DNA of 64,000 nucleotides from a virus (Duplodnaviria; Caudoviricetes): IMG/VR virus record IMGVR_UViG_3300006139_000004, positions 1 to 64,000 of that record; one strand, 5' to 3'. Shown piece by piece: positions 58,769 to 64,000 of this stretch (position 1 is its first letter; each line of letters starts with the position of its first letter). The notes under the pieces were generated by a model. It saw only the letters and a program-made list of their open reading frames with translations, ran no database searches and was not told where the DNA came from. The position numbers and the translations under genes were made by a program.

Positions 58769-59036
58769 TATGAATAGATACAGTAGTGGTAGTATTATTG
58801 GTTGGATCATCGGTATTATTCTGTTTTGTATCTTTGAGCCTGTCATTTATTTTGGCCTTGCCTATTTTGGTGGCTGGATTATGCAGATGTGTATTGGCAC
58901 TACAATTACAAACGGATTAAACTTGATGTTTGACACGACACGATTCACACCAGATATTATTCCTCTGGCTTGTGGTACACTCGCAACAATCGGCAGCTTC
59001 TTTAAGACACGTGTAAGCAGTAATAGTAGCAAGTGA
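58755..59036 (+). CDS. Membrane protein
   Basis: Multiple hydrophobic segments. Confidence 0.65.
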   Translation: MRMNDMNRYSSGSIIGWIIGIILFCIFEPVIYFGLAYFGGWIMQMCIGTTITNGLNLMFDTTRFTPDIIPLACGTLATIGSFFKTRVSSNSSK

Positions 59037-59057
59037 TTCAAAGGAGGATAATCAGTT

Positions 59058-59564
59058 ATGGCAAGGTCATGTAAATGCCATATCACGGGTGAAACCGGGA
59101 CAACTGATACCTTTGTAAAGATTGGGAAGTATTACTATAAAAATCAAGAGATATATGATGCAGAGCAAAAGCAAAAGGAAACTTATAAATCTCTGATTGA
59201 TTATATCTGCTATGAGTTTTTGGGATATGGGGATGGTCAGCCCTTCCCCACATCCCTTCCCAAAAAAATTAAGGAACTTTCATTCTACGATTATGAAACC
59301 ATTCTGGAAACTTTTCAGAAATGTCACGATGATATTTGTTACTGGATGGAACATAAACAATTTGAAACAGAGTATGGAAAGTTATCTTACATCTTTGCAA
59401 TGGTAAAAGACAAACTCTCTGATGTACGTTCTGATCGTATTCGTAGAGAAAAGCAAAGTGAGAATACAAAGAAAACCGAAATCGAATGTGGTGATTTGTC
59501 CAGCATTGGCACAAAACGCAGAGGGAAGGATATAAGCAGCTTTCTTAATGATGACGAATTATAA
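59058..59564 (+). CDS. Hypothetical replication-module protein
   Basis: Upstream of the helicase as in SPbeta-like phages. Confidence 0.6.
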   Translation: MARSCKCHITGETGTTDTFVKIGKYYYKNQEIYDAEQKQKETYKSLIDYICYEFLGYGDGQPFPTSLPKKIKELSFYDYETILETFQKCHDDICYWMEHKQFETEYGKLSYIFAMVKDKLSDVRSDRIRREKQSENTKKTEIECGDLSSIGTKRRGKDISSFLNDDEL

Positions 59565-59683
59565 GGAGGAACTGGCAATGACTGAACGTGAATATTTCGA
59601 TGCGGTAGAAAAGATTATTAACAAGGCACTCGCCGCTGGCATGACATTAGATGAAATCTGTGAGAAGTTAGGAATTACTACTG

Positions 59684-59941
59684 ATGGCTGATTATCATGT
59701 TGGTGCGGGCTGTTTTGGCATATATGCAGGAACATTAAACAAGAAGGGCAATTTGTGGCAAAACAAAACTGAATGTACAGATGAAGCCATAAATGCTGTC
59801 CGTGATTACATGGTGCAAGAGTTGCTTGGTGGTCTTGATTGTACTAAAACATCGTCCAATGGCTATCAATGGACATTAAAAGATGGTCGAATTGTAGAAC
59901 TCCGAGTGACAATTAAGGATGGTGATACAAATAAGTCTTAA
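59684..59941 (+). CDS. Hypothetical protein
   Basis: IYAG...KTECTDEAINAV. Confidence 0.6.
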   Translation: MADYHVGAGCFGIYAGTLNKKGNLWQNKTECTDEAINAVRDYMVQELLGGLDCTKTSSNGYQWTLKDGRIVELRVTIKDGDTNKS

Positions 59942-61397
59942 AAATTATCCGCAGGAATTAATTAAAGGTCGAGAGAGCGCAGAGGCTACGTTTGTATTTT
60001 GCCTATGGAAGCAGCCAGATTTATTTGACGATTTTCAGAGAATTAATGTCAATGATGATCGGACGCTAAAAACTGAAGATGGTACATTTTATTTCTCGCT
60101 TGGGCGACAAATGTATAATCAAGGGTTTAGATCATTTGACAATGTTACAATTTACACATTTCTTGAAAATAAGCCTACTGTTAAAAAGCACTTTGATGAA
60201 CTTGGAGGTTATGCGACAGTTAGTGAACTTTGCTCATTAGTCAATCCTGAAAACGTTGATGCTTACTATGACAAGATTGCAAAAATGAATACCTTAATGA
60301 CATTACATGATAAGGGGTTCAATGTGATCGACAACATAGAAAAGTTTGCAAAGATGACTAATCAAGAAGTGTATGATTATTATGATTACATTTTGAACAG
60401 TGTAAGCATTAAGAATACACATGATATTGATGTTGAAACGTTAGAGATTGATGACAAGTTTCTAAAGGAATGTGATGAAGGGTCTGCACAGGGAATTAGC
60501 TATGGGGCGCATTGTCCGATCCTGAACTATTTGACTCTTGGTACACCTCTTGGTGATATGTATATGTTTGCTGGACATAGTGGTGTCGGCAAAACTTCTT
60601 TTGTCTTTGAGAATATGATTTTGCCAATGACAGAAGATGGTGTGAAGTGTGCGGTAATCAGCAATGAGCAGCGGTCAAAAGATTTCAAGCAGTTGTTGCT
60701 TGTTCATATTATGACAACTGAACTTGATTATTGGGGATTAACCAGAAAGAAGTTAAAAATTGGCAACTTCACAGATGAACAGTGGGAATATTTGCGTAAG
60801 GCCAAGAAAATATCTCAAGAGAAGTATGGAAACATTCAGTTTGTAAAGTTGTTCGACAATGATATGAACAAGGTCAAAAGGATCATTAAGAAACTTGCCA
60901 AGTTGGGGTATCAGGCAATAATGTTTGACACGATGAAATCTGAGGATGAGATTGATGAGGCTATGTGGCAACAACTTCTTATCCATAGTCGAAAACTGTT
61001 TCAGATTACAAGTCGGGAAAATATTTCTCTGATCTGTACTTATCAACTTGCCTTACATACTTTGAACAAGCGGTATTTGGATGCCAGTTGTCTTTCTAAT
61101 GCCAAGCAAATCAAGGAAGTCTTTTCTGAGATGGTATATGCAAGGCCGCTTTGGGATGATGAATACCCCGGAGAAAAGTTTGATGTAAAAGCATACCAAC
61201 TGGAGAAAGATAGTAGCGGTAAGTATACAAATGTACGAAAAACAATTCCATTGGATCGAGATAAGAAATATATTGTTGCATTTCTTGATAAAACAAGAAA
61301 CGATGATGACAAAATTCAAGTCCTTTATCAATTCAATGGCAGATTCAATCGTTGGAAAGAGATTGGATATTGTTCTGTATTTAATGAACACAAGTAA
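59919..61397 (+). CDS. dnaB: DnaB-like replicative helicase
   Basis: GHSGVGKT, ISNEQ, FDTMK, YQL, KTR. Confidence 0.85.
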   Translation: MVIQISLKNYPQELIKGRESAEATFVFCLWKQPDLFDDFQRINVNDDRTLKTEDGTFYFSLGRQMYNQGFRSFDNVTIYTFLENKPTVKKHFDELGGYATVSELCSLVNPENVDAYYDKIAKMNTLMTLHDKGFNVIDNIEKFAKMTNQEVYDYYDYILNSVSIKNTHDIDVETLEIDDKFLKECDEGSAQGISYGAHCPILNYLTLGTPLGDMYMFAGHSGVGKTSFVFENMILPMTEDGVKCAVISNEQRSKDFKQLLLVHIMTTELDYWGLTRKKLKIGNFTDEQWEYLRKAKKISQEKYGNIQFVKLFDNDMNKVKRIIKKLAKLGYQAIMFDTMKSEDEIDEAMWQQLLIHSRKLFQITSRENISLICTYQLALHTLNKRYLDASCLSNAKQIKEVFSEMVYARPLWDDEYPGEKFDVKAYQLEKDSSGKYTNVRKTIPLDRDKKYIVAFLDKTRNDDDKIQVLYQFNGRFNRWKEIGYCSVFNEHK

Positions 61398-61416
61398 ATT
61401 ATAAGGAGTAAAAGCA

Positions 61417-61953
61417 ATGGAACACCTGACAAGTACACAACAAAAAATGGTAGAAGATAATCACAAACTCATTTATGGTGCTGCTCACAAATACAAAATC
61501 AATCTTGAAGAATACTATGATGTTTTGGCGATTGGATTGTGTAAAGCAGCTATGGCTTTTGATGAAACGAAAGGTCAGTTCTCAACTTTTGCATATATCA
61601 CTATGCTTAATGAGTACAATGGTGTATTGAGACACAATAAGACGAGTAGTGTTATTCCTGCTCAAAATATTGTATCAATGAATATTCGTATGAGTTCAGA
61701 TGATGGTGATTGTGTTGTAGAGTTTGGTGATATGTTTCCTGATAACGTGGACATTGAAAAAGATACCGCAGAAACAGATTACATACGTTTTCTATGTAAG
61801 AAAATCTGCCATCCACAAGAGCAAGAAGTTATCCAGTTGTTGGCTGATGGGTTTACACAATCTGAAATTGCAGAGAGAATTGGTGTCAGCCGTCAGCGCA
61901 TTGGTCAGTTGATGAATAAAATTCGAGCGAAATTGGGGAAATATGTGGCATGA
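61417..61953 (+). CDS. Sigma-70 family RNA polymerase sigma factor
   Basis: IGLCKAAMAFDETKGQFSTFA region 2; TQSEIAERIGVSRQRI region 4. Confidence 0.88.
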   Translation: MEHLTSTQQKMVEDNHKLIYGAAHKYKINLEEYYDVLAIGLCKAAMAFDETKGQFSTFAYITMLNEYNGVLRHNKTSSVIPAQNIVSMNIRMSSDDGDCVVEFGDMFPDNVDIEKDTAETDYIRFLCKKICHPQEQEVIQLLADGFTQSEIAERIGVSRQRIGQLMNKIRAKLGKYVA

Positions 61954-62179
61954 GTGTAGGTTGTTTATGTTCTCATTGTGATGCTGCTGATTGTAATAGA
62001 CGCAAGGATGATAAAATTCGGTGTACTAAATACAGTCAGTGGGTAAATCCGAATGATATAGGCTGTGATGCTTATGTAGGTGCAATGTCATTTGCTGATA
62101 TGTTGCCTGAAAAAATGAAAGAAATTGCAGAACTATATCATGATTTAATTATGTCAAATAACAAGTAATACAACAAGGA

Positions 62180-62734
62180 GTGTGTAAAATGAAGAATTGG
62201 AAGTTGCCTTTGATTGTTGCAGCGGTTGTAATCGCTGTTGTGATGTTGTGTGTCTTTTCATTCCAAGGGGTTCAGAACAAGGCTATTTCGTTGGAGGAAC
62301 AGATTAACACAGCACAGTCAGAAATTAAGGTTCAAGAAAAGCGTAGAGCAGACCTGATTCCCAATTTGGTTGACTGTGTTCAGGCTTATGACGAACATGA
62401 ATACCAGACCTTGATGGATGTTGTTAATGCACGTGGTAGTTCCTCTGATGAAAGTGTTCAGGAGATTCAGACTATGATTCAGGCCGTTGCAGAGGCTTAT
62501 CCAGAACTCAAGAGCAATGAAAACTATCGTGAGTTGATGAATGAGTTGGCGACTACTGAGAATCTGATTGCGAACTATCGTAGTAACTTTAACAAATGGG
62601 TTAAGAGTTATAATCAATACGTAAGGAAGTTCCCGAATCGACAGGTTCTTGGGATGCTTGGATATGAAATTATTGGGTACGAATACCTTGATTATAATGT
62701 TTCTTCGGATGCTCCAACAAATCTGTTTGAGTAA
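62180..62734 (+). CDS. lemA: LemA family protein
   Basis: RRADLIPNLV, EAYPELKSNENY, TENLIA, FP. Confidence 0.9.
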   Translation: MCKMKNWKLPLIVAAVVIAVVMLCVFSFQGVQNKAISLEEQINTAQSEIKVQEKRRADLIPNLVDCVQAYDEHEYQTLMDVVNARGSSSDESVQEIQTMIQAVAEAYPELKSNENYRELMNELATTENLIANYRSNFNKWVKSYNQYVRKFPNRQVLGMLGYEIIGYEYLDYNVSSDAPTNLFE

Positions 62735-62745
62735 AGGACATTTGC

Positions 62746-63474
62746 ATGAAAGTTACTAAGCGAGAAATTATCTTTAGTGTTGCTATTGTAGCAGTAATGT
62801 TGATTTTTGGTATTGTATTATCAGACAAAATCAATGATAGCCTGATGAATTCATATCAAGAGTACAATACAGCATTGCAGATCAATGATGATCCTGAACT
62901 GTTCAGATATGGAATGAGAACAAATGTTGGTAATGCGTTCGTTCATGGTAATTTGGCAGCGGTTGGTTCTGTATCATATCCTGAAGTTGAAGGCCAGTAT
63001 GCCACAATGACAAAAGTGACTGAGCGATATACGATGCACACCAGAACAGTAACCAGAACACGCACTGTCAATGGTAAAACACAAACTTATACCACAACTG
63101 AGAATTATTGGACATGGGATAGCATTGATAGAGATTATCTTCATGTTGATAATATTTCGTTTCTTGGTGTAGAGTTTCCATATGGAACAATAGATTATTT
63201 CCCGGAACATAGTATTACAACCATTTATCAAACATCACATTTGCGGGATGTATATTATGGTTCTGATTTGGAGTATGAAGGAACTATTTACACAGTATTG
63301 TCAGACAACACAATTTCAAATACTACTTTTTACTGCAATAGTTCTATAGAAGAAACGATTAATTTCTTAGAAGTTAAATGGCAGTTGGTTGTATTTTGGA
63401 TTGTTTGGGTTCTACTAATTGGTGGCCTTGTGTATGGTTTCTATTACATTGACAATAGGTGGCTTGAGGGATAA
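62746..63474 (+). CDS. Membrane protein (two TM helices)
   Basis: N- and C-terminal hydrophobic helices; follows lemA. Confidence 0.7.
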   Translation: MKVTKREIIFSVAIVAVMLIFGIVLSDKINDSLMNSYQEYNTALQINDDPELFRYGMRTNVGNAFVHGNLAAVGSVSYPEVEGQYATMTKVTERYTMHTRTVTRTRTVNGKTQTYTTTENYWTWDSIDRDYLHVDNISFLGVEFPYGTIDYFPEHSITTIYQTSHLRDVYYGSDLEYEGTIYTVLSDNTISNTTFYCNSSIEETINFLEVKWQLVVFWIVWVLLIGGLVYGFYYIDNRWLEG

Positions 63475-63502
63475 GTAAAGTTCGATAAGAAGGGAGGGTG
63501 AT

Positions 63503-64000
63503 ATTATCGTCAATGCCTTGTCATTATCGAATTACTTAACAAACAATGTAGATGCGTGTATTACCCTTCTTGAGTGTATGGGTTTTACACAGATTACATA
63601 TAGGCAGCATAAAAATGAAATCAGGTTCAGCCGTGATGAAGGTCACAATCCCACAGCCATGCGGCTCAAACTTGACACATTAAAGTTTGATGGATTTTCA
63701 ATCAATGCACATGGTAATTTGTATTCTCTTGTGATGAAATATGAGAGTATGACATTTCCTGAAGCATTAAACTTTATTGCGGATGAACTTGGATTGCAAA
63801 AGAGCCAATTTAGTAGAAAGGTTAAATATCCATTTGGCGGGTTCTACAAAGGCTTAATGAAAGAAATTCAAGAGCCGGAGTATTCGATGCAAACATATGA
63901 TACTTCTATTCTTGATGAGTATGCAGGAAAGTATAATCTCATGTTCTTTCGAGATGGTATTAGCTTTCAAACACAGGAATATTTTAATGTAGGTTTTGAT
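63503..64000 (+). CDS. Probable DNA primase, N-terminal part (runs off window)
   Basis: Open frame after RBS GGAGGG with ATT/ATC start; EIRF, NPTA, GNLYSLVM, FPEAL, PFGGFY, DGIS. Confidence 0.6.
   Translation, partial: MIVNALSLSNYLTNNVDACITLLECMGFTQITYRQHKNEIRFSRDEGHNPTAMRLKLDTLKFDGFSINAHGNLYSLVMKYESMTFPEALNFIADELGLQKSQFSRKVKYPFGGFYKGLMKEIQEPEYSMQTYDTSILDEYAGKYNLMFFRDGISFQTQEYFNVGFD

Larger units (their letters stand above)
1832..62173. repeat. Dispersed 16-bp element ATAACMANAAATACAA (~24 copies)
   Basis: Minus: 1832, 1899, 3769, 9852, 12804, 16962, 17652, 20848; plus: 17578, 17736, 18442, 18840, 20780, 20929, 22676, 25730, 28424, 30988, 39913, 39982, 44394, 44514, 45566, 50413, 51683, 55191 (variant 62158). 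Confidence 0.9.
1..64000. mobile_element. Segment of a large SPbeta/c-st-like phage or prophage genome
   Basis: YonO-like RNAP, DnaB/primase/SSB module, tRNA cluster, dense small hypothetical genes, repressor modules, no host housekeeping operons. Confidence 0.9.

Noticed and set aside
1-64000. Alternative genetic code (stop-codon reassignment)
   Set aside because: Long genes translate intact with the standard code; interruptions occur only at G-tracts and no suppressor tRNA was found

Overview
This window is 64 kb of a large, AT-rich, probably temperate SPbeta/c-st-like phage (or prophage) of a Bacillota host, likely a clostridial gut bacterium. The left arm (1-16.9 kb, minus strand) carries a tRNA cluster, HU, a phosphoesterase, PhoH, ClpP, a YonO-like single-subunit RNA polymerase, a macrodomain protein, an HNH nuclease, IscS, UvrD, a possible Rep gene with an origin-like palindrome, and a tyrosine recombinase. 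The right arm (17.7-64 kb, plus strand) carries many small early genes, tRNA/RNA repair enzymes (CCA enzyme, Thg1, Pnkp-ligase), an ImmA/ImmR-like switch, a MrpR/YopR-like repressor candidate, a DNA-modification cluster and the replication module (SSB-like, AAA ATPase, DnaB, sigma factor, primase). Main observations: (1) an RNA-rich locus at 45.6-47.0 kb made of an anticodon-less tRNA mimic, a coiled-coil protein gene, a ~410-nt structured RNA that loops out 13 heptamer repeats, and a ~210-nt RNA reproducing the 23S rRNA L11-binding (GTPase-associated) domain with a 134-nt insert; (2) six DNA-modification genes each carry a G6-G10 tract followed by CA, four of them out of frame, suggesting a phase-variable methylome; (3) about 24 copies of an asymmetric 16-bp element ATAACMANAAATACAA oriented with transcription; (4) an orphan DGR target gene with a VR-like 3' end and hairpin; (5) twin pseudoknot RNAs among the tRNAs. 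All product calls come from recognising motifs by eye; no searches were run.
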